Origin: a virus
Taxonomy: Duplodnaviria > Heunggongvirae > Uroviricota > Caudoviricetes
IMG/VR virus record: IMGVR_UViG_2513237251_000009
Length of the DNA stretch: 64,000 nucleotides
Reading direction: 5' to 3' (one strand)
Shown here piece after piece: positions 29,025-38,046 of this stretch. The position numbers and the translations under genes are program-made. The notes beneath the pieces are model-generated. The model saw nothing but the letters and a program-made list of their open reading frames with translations, was not told the DNA's origin and made no database searches. Position 1 is the stretch's first letter. Every line of letters begins with the position of its first letter.

Positions 29025-32000
29025 TCAGCATTCCTCCGTCACGTCGCATGGACAGCATCACCGCCTGCACCCGCTGGTCAATCAGCTGCACAAGACTGCC
29101 TGCCGCCTCCGGCCCTATCTGTCCGTTAGCCCCGTCATTCTGAATGGCAATGTGGTAGACCGGGGAATACACCAGACCAGCACTGCCGTTCATACTGCCC
29201 ACGGCGCGTACGCCCAGCGAGCCATCCGCCGCCCGGGTCAGGGGCATAATAGCTTCAGGTCCGGCTTCCCCCATCAGCCCGGCCCCTTTTGCAAACGCAA
29301 AGTACGTGGGCGTGTCCACAATGCTGTTGCTGTACGCGCTCAGGTTTGCCGAGGTATACACGCCGCCTTTTGCATTGGCCACCGCTCCGCCCAGCCAGTC
29401 ACCAATGCTGCCGAGAAATCCTCCCGCACCGGACATACCGTTTGCCGCCGTCTTAATTCCGTTGACAATCGCGGCATTCATAAGAACTTTTGATATTTCC
29501 TGCAGTACGGATGAGGCCCAGCTGCGCCATTCCACTTTATTTCCGTTCAGCATCTCCGTGATGTTATTCACCATCCCTGAGATACCCTCCGTCGCCAGCT
29601 GTGCTGCCTGTGAGGCGTAATCGGACGCATTATCCACCCAGTTACTGAATCCCTCCTGCAGCCCTTTCTGCCAGTCCGCACGCTGCACATCCGATTCGGC
29701 ATAAAAGACTGCCTGGTCCTTAAGGCGTTCGCTCAGATACTGCGCGTTCTGTGCCAGCGCCTGTCTGTAAAAATCCTCACTGATATCCCCGGTCTGATAC
29801 TGAGACTGAAGGTCCGCATCCTTCTGGCGGAAGCTGTCGCGGATCTGCTGCAACTCCCGCATGCGTTCCCTGGCTCGTTCCCCCTGCCCGTACCCCAGCA
29901 GTTCAGATTCATTTGATGCACGCGCAGCCACATTATCATTCTTCAGGGTCTCTTCCCGGTACCGCAACTGCTCCCGGATTTTTTGCTGGTCAATCAGGGC
30001 CGCATTGCGCAGCAGTTCCTGCTTCTGTATCTCCGACAGGGTTTTCAGTTCACCCAGCGCTGTCTGGTACTTCAGCTTCGCCAGCTCCGTGTTCTGACCG
30101 GCCAGTGCCAGTTGCTCTTTCTGCTGCTTCAGCAGCCGGGAAAAACTGTCTTCCGCTTTTTCCGTCTCTGATTTTCCACCCCGGGATTTGGGTTTATTCA
30201 CCTCGTTATTGCGCCAGGCTTCCAGGGCATTACTGATATAACGTTGTCTCGCCTCCTGATACGGATCCCCCACAAAACCGAGGTCATCCGCCGCATACCC
30301 CAGTCGGACGCGCTCTTTTTCTTCCCCTTTCAGTCTGGACAGGGCCAGCTCACGCTCTGTTTTTGTCAGGGCACTCTGCTGTTTATCATCCAGAGTGGCC
30401 TGTGGCAGCCGTAACGGCACATTCACCAGTCCCTGCCGCTGCTGAAGCAGTTCATTCCCCAGCCCCAGCAGACGGTTGAATTCCGTATACTGACCGTTCA
30501 TAACCAGCATGGACTGGTACACCTTATTCTGCTCTGCCGCCTGCTGACGAATTAACGCCACACGACGGTCTTCCAGCCCGGCAAGCACATCCTGAATGGA
30601 CTGCGCTTTTTCCTGCATCTGTGCCAGACGGGACTGCTCAACGGCAAGCTGCTCTGTTGCCTGAGCAAGCCCTTCCGTTACGGTCTTCACCGATGTCAGA
30701 TGGTTTATCATGAATCCGTCACCGGTCGTCCAGCCCGGGTTCGCCAGAACATACTGATATCCTGCGATTTTTTCCTGCAGGGATTTCACCCGACTGGCCT
30801 GTTCATCAATCAGCCGGTTCTGCTCTGTCAGCGCCGCCCGTGTTCGTCCTTCATTATCTGAGGCTTCAGGCAAAGACATTGACGGCGTTTTATGCGCGAT
30901 TTCATCTATCGTCAGTGCATACTGGCGCGCAGACTCCCTGGCCTGCTCCTGATTCTGGTACAGCGTGTACCATGCTGCAGCCCCCAGCATCACCAGTCCG
31001 GGTACGCCACCAACCAGCCCCAGCGCACCGCTCATCAGACGTGAGCCCACCGCCGTTGTACTGTTCAGCGCATTCTGGGCGGCGCTTCTGGCAGCAATAT
31101 TTCTGTTCAGGCGTTCCTGTGTGGCCGCCAGACGGGCCTCTGCAGCAATCTGCATCTCCGTCCCGCGGGCTGCCGCCACGGCCTGCTGAGCACGGTACAC
31201 GGCTGCCCTTGCCCGCGCCGTGGCAATCTGCGTTCCCCTGAACTGTGCTTCCGCCAGTGCAACTTCATTACGTGCAGCCGTCACAAGTCCTGCCGTGGCA
31301 GACATCGCTCCGGAGGCCATATTGCCAAAGTACCGGGCAACCCCGACGGCAACCAGCGCGCCCACGGCTGTTGCCACATTATCAATCTGTCCGGCAACAC
31401 CGTTCAGCATGCCGGAGAGCGTTTTTGTCACCCCGCTGGCCTCATTCGCACCGCCCACCCAGGCCATAAAGGCGTTTTCCACCTTTGTGATACTACTGGA
31501 AACCGTTTCCGGCATGGCCGCATATTCATCACGTAATATCCCCAGCTGGCTGATTAACGCGGGGACCACTTTATCCGCTGTCAGTTTTCCGTCATCCGCC
31601 ATTGCCTTCAGATCTTTACGGGCCACGCCCATACCCGCAGCCAGTGCACGTACGATCCGGTCACCACTTTCATTGACCGAATTAAACTCCTCACCACGCA
31701 ATACACCCTGCGCCAGCGCCTGACTGAACTGGGTGATCACCGAGCCCGCCTCTGCCGTACTGGCACCGGAGATTTTCAGCCCTGTCGAAATGGCCTCCGT
31801 CACCTTCAGCACATCATCAGCACTGTAACCATATTCACGCATCGAGGCAGCCGAACGGGCAAACAGGGCCGCATTATCCGAAAATGCGGTGCCTGTCCGC
31901 TGGCTGATATCCATCAGCACTTTCTGTGATGACGCAAATTCATCGGATGACTGTGATGCCTGTTTCAGACGGGCATTCACGGAGCTCCATTCATCCGCCA

Positions 32001-32259
32001 GCGAAATCAGGTGTCCGGTGGCAAAGGCACCGGCAAACGCACCGGTCATTCCGACAGCCGAAGCGCGGATTTCCGTCAACTGGCTGTGCAGCTCAGCCAG
32101 AGCCCGGCGCTGCTCCCTGGCTGCCGCAGCAGCCTGACGTCCGCCATTCTGCAGGGTCCGGTAATATTCACTGCCCATACGGGACGCCCGCTGGATCTCC
32201 GACTGGAATGACTGTGAATTTGCCGAAATTTTGATAATCAGTTCACGTAACGTCGCCAT
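29017..32259 (-). CDS. H: Tail tape-measure protein
   Basis: 1080-aa coiled-coil-rich protein with Gly-rich hydrophobic tracts, downstream of the G/T chaperones. Confidence 0.85.
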   Translation of the reverse strand: MATLRELIIKISANSQSFQSEIQRASRMGSEYYRTLQNGGRQAAAAAREQRRALAELHSQLTEIRASAVGMTGAFAGAFATGHLISLADEWSSVNARLKQASQSSDEFASSQKVLMDISQRTGTAFSDNAALFARSAASMREYGYSADDVLKVTEAISTGLKISGASTAEAGSVITQFSQALAQGVLRGEEFNSVNESGDRIVRALAAGMGVARKDLKAMADDGKLTADKVVPALISQLGILRDEYAAMPETVSSSITKVENAFMAWVGGANEASGVTKTLSGMLNGVAGQIDNVATAVGALVAVGVARYFGNMASGAMSATAGLVTAARNEVALAEAQFRGTQIATARARAAVYRAQQAVAAARGTEMQIAAEARLAATQERLNRNIAARSAAQNALNSTTAVGSRLMSGALGLVGGVPGLVMLGAAAWYTLYQNQEQARESARQYALTIDEIAHKTPSMSLPEASDNEGRTRAALTEQNRLIDEQASRVKSLQEKIAGYQYVLANPGWTTGDGFMINHLTSVKTVTEGLAQATEQLAVEQSRLAQMQEKAQSIQDVLAGLEDRRVALIRQQAAEQNKVYQSMLVMNGQYTEFNRLLGLGNELLQQRQGLVNVPLRLPQATLDDKQQSALTKTERELALSRLKGEEKERVRLGYAADDLGFVGDPYQEARQRYISNALEAWRNNEVNKPKSRGGKSETEKAEDSFSRLLKQQKEQLALAGQNTELAKLKYQTALGELKTLSEIQKQELLRNAALIDQQKIREQLRYREETLKNDNVAARASNESELLGYGQGERARERMRELQQIRDSFRQKDADLQSQYQTGDISEDFYRQALAQNAQYLSERLKDQAVFYAESDVQRADWQKGLQEGFSNWVDNASDYASQAAQLATEGISGMVNNITEMLNGNKVEWRSWASSVLQEISKVLMNAAIVNGIKTAANGMSGAGGFLGSIGDWLGGAVANAKGGVYTSANLSAYSNSIVDTPTYFAFAKGAGLMGEAGPEAIMPLTRAADGSLGVRAVGSMNGSAGLVYSPVYHIAIQNDGANGQIGPEAAGSLVQLIDQRVQAVMLSMRRDGGMLSG

Positions 32260-32306
32260 TCACCTTTCTCCGGGCGTAAAAAAACCGCCTCAGCGGTTCT
32301 CATCAT

Positions 32307-32614
32307 TCATGACTGTGCTGCAAGGCTCAGCGCGTCTTCCAGCGCCGCAAACGGATCCACCTCCGGCTTATCCTCATCCTCGCCCCAGCAGAGCATGGCG
32401 TCCTTCAGTGCAACATTCATCCCCTGTGCCCCGAAAACCGCTTTCACGATCTGTGCATTACGGATATCCCCGCGCTCATCACCCAGCGGGGATATCCTGT
32501 CGAACTCCATCCACATCATCGCCTCGCTCGCACTCAGGCTGTGGCGCAGTTCGGATAAGGTGCGCCCCAGACGGAGCGCAAGTCGCATCAGAAAGCGAAT
32601 TTCCGGGCGGGCTA
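32307..32614 (-). CDS. T: Tail assembly chaperone T segment (expressed as G-T by -1 frameshift)
   Basis: -1 frame is open from the slippery site into the ORF 32307..32588. Confidence 0.6.
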
Positions 32615-32986
32615 CTTTTTTCTGGCCGACTCTGCATCAGCGATCAGTTCCAGTGCCTGACGCAGCAACCGGGCATGTACCGGACCATAGACGGCCAGCA
32701 CCTGCTCACGGTCGTCCGGAGTGAACACCCGCTGCAGGTCCGTATCACACAGGACATCGCAGAACAGCGTCACATCCGCTTCCAGGTTACGGCGGGTTTT
32801 CGCCACCACCGACAGGGTATCGTCATCCTCTCCATCACCATTGAGCACTTCCTGCCACAGATACCAGGCCTCTGCCGAAGGCTCCCGCAGCACCACGCTG
32901 ACATTACCCCATTCCGGCACCTTCACCGTTTTATGACGAAACCCTGACAGTCTGGCCAGCGCCAGCGTTTTCAGATCCTTTTTCAT
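32612..32986 (-). CDS. G: Tail assembly chaperone G
   Basis: ORF track 32612..33034 trimmed to MKKDLKTL...; position between the major tail and tape-measure genes. Confidence 0.65.
   Translation of the reverse strand: MKKDLKTLALARLSGFRHKTVKVPEWGNVSVVLREPSAEAWYLWQEVLNGDGEDDDTLSVVAKTRRNLEADVTLFCDVLCDTDLQRVFTPDDREQVLAVYGPVHARLLRQALELIADAESARKK
32615..32621 (-). promoter_or_regulatory. Programmed -1 ribosomal frameshift slippery heptamer (A AAA AAG) for G/G-T
   Basis: Plus-strand CTTTTTT at 32615-32621 at the end of G; -1 frame continues open into T. Confidence 0.65.
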
Positions 32987-33000
32987 GATGACCCATCCCC

Positions 33001-33717
33001 TTATCCGGCGGCTGCGCTCACTGTCACGGTGCATTCAACAGACGTCACACTCTGTGCTTTCTCTGCCGAATCGGTCACCACACAGGTATATTTCCCCGCA
33101 TCAGCGGACTGCGCACCTGGCTTACTGAAGGTGTCTGTCGTCTGCCCGTCAACCGGCTGACCATCCTTCTTCCAGGCGTATTTATACGGCGGCGTTCCCC
33201 CGTTGGCACTGACTGACATTGTCAGCAGCGCACCGGTATTCACGGTAAGTGTCTTATCCAGATTTTTCACAAACGCCAGCGGTACCACAAAGGACACCGG
33301 TTTGCCTTTCAGACGCAGTGAGAACGTTGCAGCCACCACGCCGTTGGTACCGGATGACCAGGTGTGCTGGCGCACTTCCGCCAGGAATTTAAAGCCCTTA
33401 CCGGACGGAAACAGCACCTTAAACGCATACAACGCGTCATTGTCATAGGCATCACGCAGGGCGTTCTGGGCCTGATTCAGATAAAAATTGCCCGACATGG
33501 AAATCTCAGACGACGCCCCCAGACCATTGATGTTCTCCTGCTCTGTGGAGCAGAGCGTGGTCACATCAATATCCTGTTTCTGCCCGGCGGTGAACTGCAC
33601 TTCCTTGATGGTGCAGTCCAGGCGCAGATATTCCGCCTTATCCATAGTTTCAGCAGTCGCCGGGGCAGATGAAATCATCACCTGCGTCAGCTGTGAGCGT
33701 TCATACAAAGCAGACAT
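33001..33717 (-). CDS. V: Major tail protein with C-terminal Ig-like domain
   Basis: ATG 33715-33717 preceded by AGGAGG; C-terminal ...GTPPYKYAWKKDGQPVDGQTTDTF...GKYTCVVTD... Ig-like motif. Confidence 0.75.
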   Translation of the reverse strand: MSALYERSQLTQVMISSAPATAETMDKAEYLRLDCTIKEVQFTAGQKQDIDVTTLCSTEQENINGLGASSEISMSGNFYLNQAQNALRDAYDNDALYAFKVLFPSGKGFKFLAEVRQHTWSSGTNGVVAATFSLRLKGKPVSFVVPLAFVKNLDKTLTVNTGALLTMSVSANGGTPPYKYAWKKDGQPVDGQTTDTFSKPGAQSADAGKYTCVVTDSAEKAQSVTSVECTVTVSAAAG

Positions 33718-33782
33718 TCTGCCTCCTGATAATAAAAAACCCGCACGCGGCGGGGTATGGGTTTTGTAGAAAAAAGAAAAAG

Positions 33783-34127
33783 TCACACCGTGACCTGAAA
33801 CTCCAGGGTTGCACGGTAACAGCGGTTTTCCGGAATATAGTCCTGCATTTCACTGACGGATCCCGGGGCCAGCAGCATTATGGCTTCACGGGCGTCCTGA
33901 CGTATCTGACGCGCCTGCGTCACAGTCCCGGCATAAACGTCTATCTGCACCGACACTGAGGACTCCGCCTGCCCGCCCATCACGTCCGCTGACACCGATG
34001 AAATCAGGCTGAAAACCACCCACGGAAGCGCCACCGACGGCCTGCCATCCAGCAGGGGGACCACATACGGGTACACCTGCCCGCCGGCAAGATGCGCCAG
34101 ATGAGGATACAAATCCGCCTCCGTCAT
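33783..34127 (-). CDS. Tail terminator, U-like
   Basis: 114-aa ORF immediately upstream of the major tail gene. Confidence 0.5.
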   Translation of the reverse strand: MTEADLYPHLAHLAGGQVYPYVVPLLDGRPSVALPWVVFSLISSVSADVMGGQAESSVSVQIDVYAGTVTQARQIRQDAREAIMLLAPGSVSEMQDYIPENRCYRATLEFQVTV

Positions 34128-34570
34128 CGTCTCAGTACCTCATCAATGGCCCGGTTCATCCGCGCAATCGCCACCTGTGCCGCCTGTTCACTGCGCACAT
34201 CAAATGCCGGGCGCACAAACGGGTGCGGTGGCATATTCACGGTCCCCATTTCCACAAACCGCCAGTAGAAAGCGTTGCGCGGGTTATCCGCCTTCATGGT
34301 GTTATCGCTGTTACCGGTGTCCGGATTAACACCCCGGATATGCACACCGGATTCCATCCCGCCATCGCGGGAGCGCCGGGAAAGGACCACCACATTGCGG
34401 CGCAGTTTTCCCCTGCGTACCGGTGCCCGTGACACCACTTCTTCTTTCAGCACATTCGCACCCGCACGGGTTGCCTCACGCAGCACCCGGTTATTTTCTG
34501 CACCACTCAGAAGCTGCAAATCGCGGCTGATGTCCTCCAGCCCCGAAAAATCCAGCAGGGTTTCGATCAT
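34124..34570 (-). CDS. HK97 gp10-family tail completion protein
   Basis: 148-aa ORF, 4-bp overlaps with neighbours, in the head-tail joining block. Confidence 0.55.
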   Translation of the reverse strand: MIETLLDFSGLEDISRDLQLLSGAENNRVLREATRAGANVLKEEVVSRAPVRRGKLRRNVVVLSRRSRDGGMESGVHIRGVNPDTGNSDNTMKADNPRNAFYWRFVEMGTVNMPPHPFVRPAFDVRSEQAAQVAIARMNRAIDEVLRR

Positions 34571-34917
34571 TTTTCCCCTCCCAGCCGACAGAGAATTTCC
34601 AGACGTCCGCCGGTCGCATCCGGCACGGGCAGCCCGACAACGTTCAGGATCCGGTCACGCCAGGGACCACTCAGCACATGAAGTCGTGACGCTGCCGTGA
34701 TTTCCCGACCGGACTGACCGCGCACCCAGATGCGGATTTCCGCCTGCGCCATTTCCGCACCGGACTGCATCCGCTCCCGGCTGCTCCTGCCCCGGATATC
34801 CGCATGAATTTTCCCGCATGACACCCATTCTTCCGTCATTTCTCCGGCAGCGTTACGGGTTAACACCGGGTTCAGAACACTTATCATCTGTGTCAGACGA
34901 CCTGCAGATATTGCCAT
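34567..34917 (-). CDS. Head-tail adaptor (head closure) protein
   Basis: 116-aa ORF ...RIWVRGQSGREITAASRL... in the connector block. Confidence 0.6.
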   Translation of the reverse strand: MAISAGRLTQMISVLNPVLTRNAAGEMTEEWVSCGKIHADIRGRSSRERMQSGAEMAQAEIRIWVRGQSGREITAASRLHVLSGPWRDRILNVVGLPVPDATGGRLEILCRLGGEK

Positions 34918-34926
34918 TCCCCCTCC

Positions 34927-35253
34927 TCATAACACCGTCGGACAACGCAAATCGTAAATCAGCACGGAAACAGAAAACGGCAGCTCCCCCTGAATCAGTT
35001 CTTCCCGCTCCGCAAGATCCGGATTCCGGTACAGCATCCCGGTCAGTCGCATGGCAGCCCCCTTCATCCGGGTTAATGCCTCGCCCGGGATCAGTTCACC
35101 GTCCTCACGAATCACCTTATCCCGGCTGCCCTGAATGTAGGCCAGCAGCACGGCGGTAGCCTGACGAACCTTGTCCATCAGCATGTCATCATCCGCGTCA
35201 TGGTCGACACGCAGATGTGCCTTGATCTCTTCCAGTGTCAGTAATGCCGTCAT
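34927..35253 (-). CDS. gp6-like head-tail connector protein
   Basis: MTALLTLEEIKAHLRVDHDADDDML... typical start of gp6-like connector proteins. Confidence 0.7.
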   Translation of the reverse strand: MTALLTLEEIKAHLRVDHDADDDMLMDKVRQATAVLLAYIQGSRDKVIREDGELIPGEALTRMKGAAMRLTGMLYRNPDLAEREELIQGELPFSVSVLIYDLRCPTVL

Positions 35254-35255
35254 TT

Positions 35256-37835
35256 TCAGCCTCCTGCATCCCGCCCACGTTTTGCAGCCAGGGTCCAGGC
35301 TGATGAATGAGCTTCTCCGGGTTTATCTTCGGTCATACTGTTGCAGTGCCACAGCGAGCCCCCCCACGTCACCGTATCGCCGGGGTGGTAGGTTTCACCG
35401 GCTCTGAACACACCGCGGTAGAGCATCACCGGCAGGGAAAATGTTTTTTCCGTACGCTGGCCACTGCTCTGCCGGACCACCACAGAGAACAACCGCTCAC
35501 CCGTCATGCTGACGTCAATATCCGCCACCCCGTCAACCAGGCATTCCCATCCCCGCATCCCGTGCGTTTTTTCATACGCCCGCCAGAGTCCGCCCTGGTG
35601 TGTGGCATACGTGCCCCGGGGAAAGGATTTTTGATCGTCAATGGCGGGGAGTATTTCCAGTGCCGTGGCATCACGCCCGTCCTGCGGAGCCGGCAGGGCA
35701 CTCACCGCATCCAGAACCGCCTTCTGCAGAACATCCGGATCGTAGTCACGACCATCACGCGGAACAGGAATATGGCTTACCGCCTCCTTCACCATCTGTT
35801 CAAGCATCGGACGCACATCATCCGGGGTGAGACTTTTACCGTCTGCCGGCTGCGGAATATTTGCGACCGCATCATTCACCGCCTTCTGCAGTACTTCCGG
35901 ATCATAGTCACGACCGTCGCGCGGAACAGGGATATGGCTTACCGCCTCCTTCACCATCTGTTCAAGCATCGGACGCACATCATCCGGGGTGAGACTTTTA
36001 CCGTCCGCCGGCTGCGGAATATTTGCGACCGCATCATTCACCGCCTTCTGCAGAACATCCGGATCGTAGTCACGACCATCACGCGGAACAGGAATATGGC
36101 TTACCGCCTCCTTCACCATCTGTTCAAGCATCGGACGCACATCATCCGGGGTGAGACTTTTACCGTCCGCCGGCTGCGGAATATTTGCGACCGCATCATT
36201 CACCGCCTGCTGCAGTACATCCGGATCATAATCACGACCATCACGCGGTACCGGAATGGCCCCCACAGCGTCATCCACCATCGCCTGCAGAACCGGACGC
36301 ACCTCATCCACCGTCACATGCTTCTGTAATACCGCCGACAGGGAAGTCAGTTTCTCTTCAAACGCTTGTGCCTGCGAGGCCATCTTCCCCTCAAATGTGC
36401 GCTGTAAATCCGCCAGCACTGTGGAAAATTCTTCTCCCAGTGCACGAATAATGGACAGTTCCCGTTCCGTCATTTTCTCAGTATCCCCCCTGAACATCGC
36501 TTTCACCGCATCATGCTCTGTTTCACTGATTGCCTTATTACCGTCAGATGCGCCGTCAGGCAGCTGTGATGAAACTGTTTTCCCGGCAGACGCGAACGGA
36601 TCCTCACGGGCATCACGACGGGACAGCGCCTCCAGACTGTAGTTCTGCTGCTGAAGATACAGTGCATCACCGCCGGCCAGGGGCGGCAGGTTCTCCCGTT
36701 TACGGGCCTCATTGGGCGTGAGAAGCGTATTTTTCACCGCATCCCCCAGCGTTTTCATGCGCCGCTCACTGTCCATTCTCAGCAGCGTGGTGACATCAAA
36801 TTCTGTACTCTCGTTTTCCCCCGTTTCCAGCGCCTCATCCAGTAACAGTTCAATGGACTCAATCAGCGTCTGCAGACACTGGGAATAATACTGCTGCTCC
36901 AGCGCCTCCACGTTGTCACTGGAAGGCGGGTGGCCAACGCCAATCTTGTAGGCCGGGACACGGAACACCGAACAGACAATTTCAGCCGTCATTTTCAGTT
37001 GTTCCACCGTCTGCGCATCCACCGGTGAAAACGTCGTGGGGCTGTATTTTGCCCCGTTGCTCAGTATGGCCGTCTTCCCGGCATTTTCGCCCGTATATCC
37101 GCTGTCCCAGTTCCCCTTCAGTTTTTTCGCGTTTTCTTCCGTAATACTGCCGGGGACCTCAATCACGCCTGATGGTCGCCCGCCATTTCTGAAAAAATAC
37201 GTCGAATTTGCCTGAATATGATGCCCCTGCATGGCGGCCAGTCCTGCGGCATACACCGGCGGCAGCCCCACAAGCGGATGAAAAAAACAGTTAAAACGGT
37301 CGTGGATCACCTCCCGGGCAGGCACCGTCACCGACTCTGTGATCCCACAGTTCCGGTCCGGCGTGATGCGGTAGAACACCTCGCCGTCATCCGCCACCAG
37401 AGGTTCAACCCGGTTCCAGTCCAGAATACGCAGTTCTTTGATCTGCCCCCGGGGGGTGCGGATTTTCAGCACCACCGTATTGCCGTGACGCAATTTGGAA
37501 TTCAGCCACAGTTCAAAAAACTGGATGCGATTCTGCTGCGCATTAGGACGACGACAGAGACGGGCAGTATCTCCCTGCCGCTTTTCCCGGCGTATTCCCT
37601 GTACATCAGTCTGCATCAGGCGAAGCCGCATTTTGGCAATATCCTGGGATATCAGCGAAATGCATGAAAACACCGCGTGAAAGGACAAAACGGTTTCCGG
37701 ATCGGCTTTCACCCCCTGCTGCCAGGCACCGGCAAAAGGCTCAGCCACCGCCTGAAACAGGGACCGCCAGCCCACTTCTCTTACGTCACGTCCTGATTTC
37801 TGGTTTTTTCGGGTTCGCCGCAAAAGGTTCCACAT
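35256..37835 (-). CDS. Portal protein (HK97-family-like N-terminal region) with C-terminal tandem-repeat extension
   Basis: ...EQLKMTAEIVCSVFRVPAYKIG... portal clip-like motif in the first 400 aa; then about 3.5 copies of a 54-aa repeat and a unique C-terminal domain. Confidence 0.65.
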   Translation of the reverse strand: MWNLLRRTRKNQKSGRDVREVGWRSLFQAVAEPFAGAWQQGVKADPETVLSFHAVFSCISLISQDIAKMRLRLMQTDVQGIRREKRQGDTARLCRRPNAQQNRIQFFELWLNSKLRHGNTVVLKIRTPRGQIKELRILDWNRVEPLVADDGEVFYRITPDRNCGITESVTVPAREVIHDRFNCFFHPLVGLPPVYAAGLAAMQGHHIQANSTYFFRNGGRPSGVIEVPGSITEENAKKLKGNWDSGYTGENAGKTAILSNGAKYSPTTFSPVDAQTVEQLKMTAEIVCSVFRVPAYKIGVGHPPSSDNVEALEQQYYSQCLQTLIESIELLLDEALETGENESTEFDVTTLLRMDSERRMKTLGDAVKNTLLTPNEARKRENLPPLAGGDALYLQQQNYSLEALSRRDAREDPFASAGKTVSSQLPDGASDGNKAISETEHDAVKAMFRGDTEKMTERELSIIRALGEEFSTVLADLQRTFEGKMASQAQAFEEKLTSLSAVLQKHVTVDEVRPVLQAMVDDAVGAIPVPRDGRDYDPDVLQQAVNDAVANIPQPADGKSLTPDDVRPMLEQMVKEAVSHIPVPRDGRDYDPDVLQKAVNDAVANIPQPADGKSLTPDDVRPMLEQMVKEAVSHIPVPRDGRDYDPEVLQKAVNDAVANIPQPADGKSLTPDDVRPMLEQMVKEAVSHIPVPRDGRDYDPDVLQKAVLDAVSALPAPQDGRDATALEILPAIDDQKSFPRGTYATHQGGLWRAYEKTHGMRGWECLVDGVADIDVSMTGERLFSVVVRQSSGQRTEKTFSLPVMLYRGVFRAGETYHPGDTVTWGGSLWHCNSMTEDKPGEAHSSAWTLAAKRGRDAGG
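35600..36260. repeat. Tandem 162-bp coding repeats (about 3.5 copies) in the portal gene
   Basis: GGAACAGG recurs at 35761, 35923, 36085 (period 162); encodes VPRDGRDYDPDVLQKAVNDAVANIPQPADGKSLTPDDVRPMLEQMVKEAVSHIP. Confidence 0.8.
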
Positions 37836-38046
37836 TCGCCATGCTCCGCATCACGTTTCTTTTTCTGACCTGCCGGACGTCGCGCTGTGATGTACTCCGC
37901 CTTCCCCAGGCGAACCAGCACCTCCGCACACGGCTGTGCCACATCACGGATATCCCCGGCCCGGGCATCATGCGTGCCCTGCAGATATCGGATCTTTGCC
38001 ATAACCTGTTACGGGAGGCGCACGCCTCCCGTCCTCCTTATCAGAC

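Noticed and set aside
35600-36260. Possible CRISPR array suggested by regularly spaced repeats
   Set aside because: The repeats are 162 bp, directly tandem without unique spacers, and in frame within a protein-coding gene; no cas genes nearby.
35307-36329. 340-aa plus-strand ORF with repeated peptide blocks
   Set aside because: Antisense to the tandem 162-bp repeats of the portal gene; the repetition explains the open frame and there is no independent ribosome-binding site or homology.
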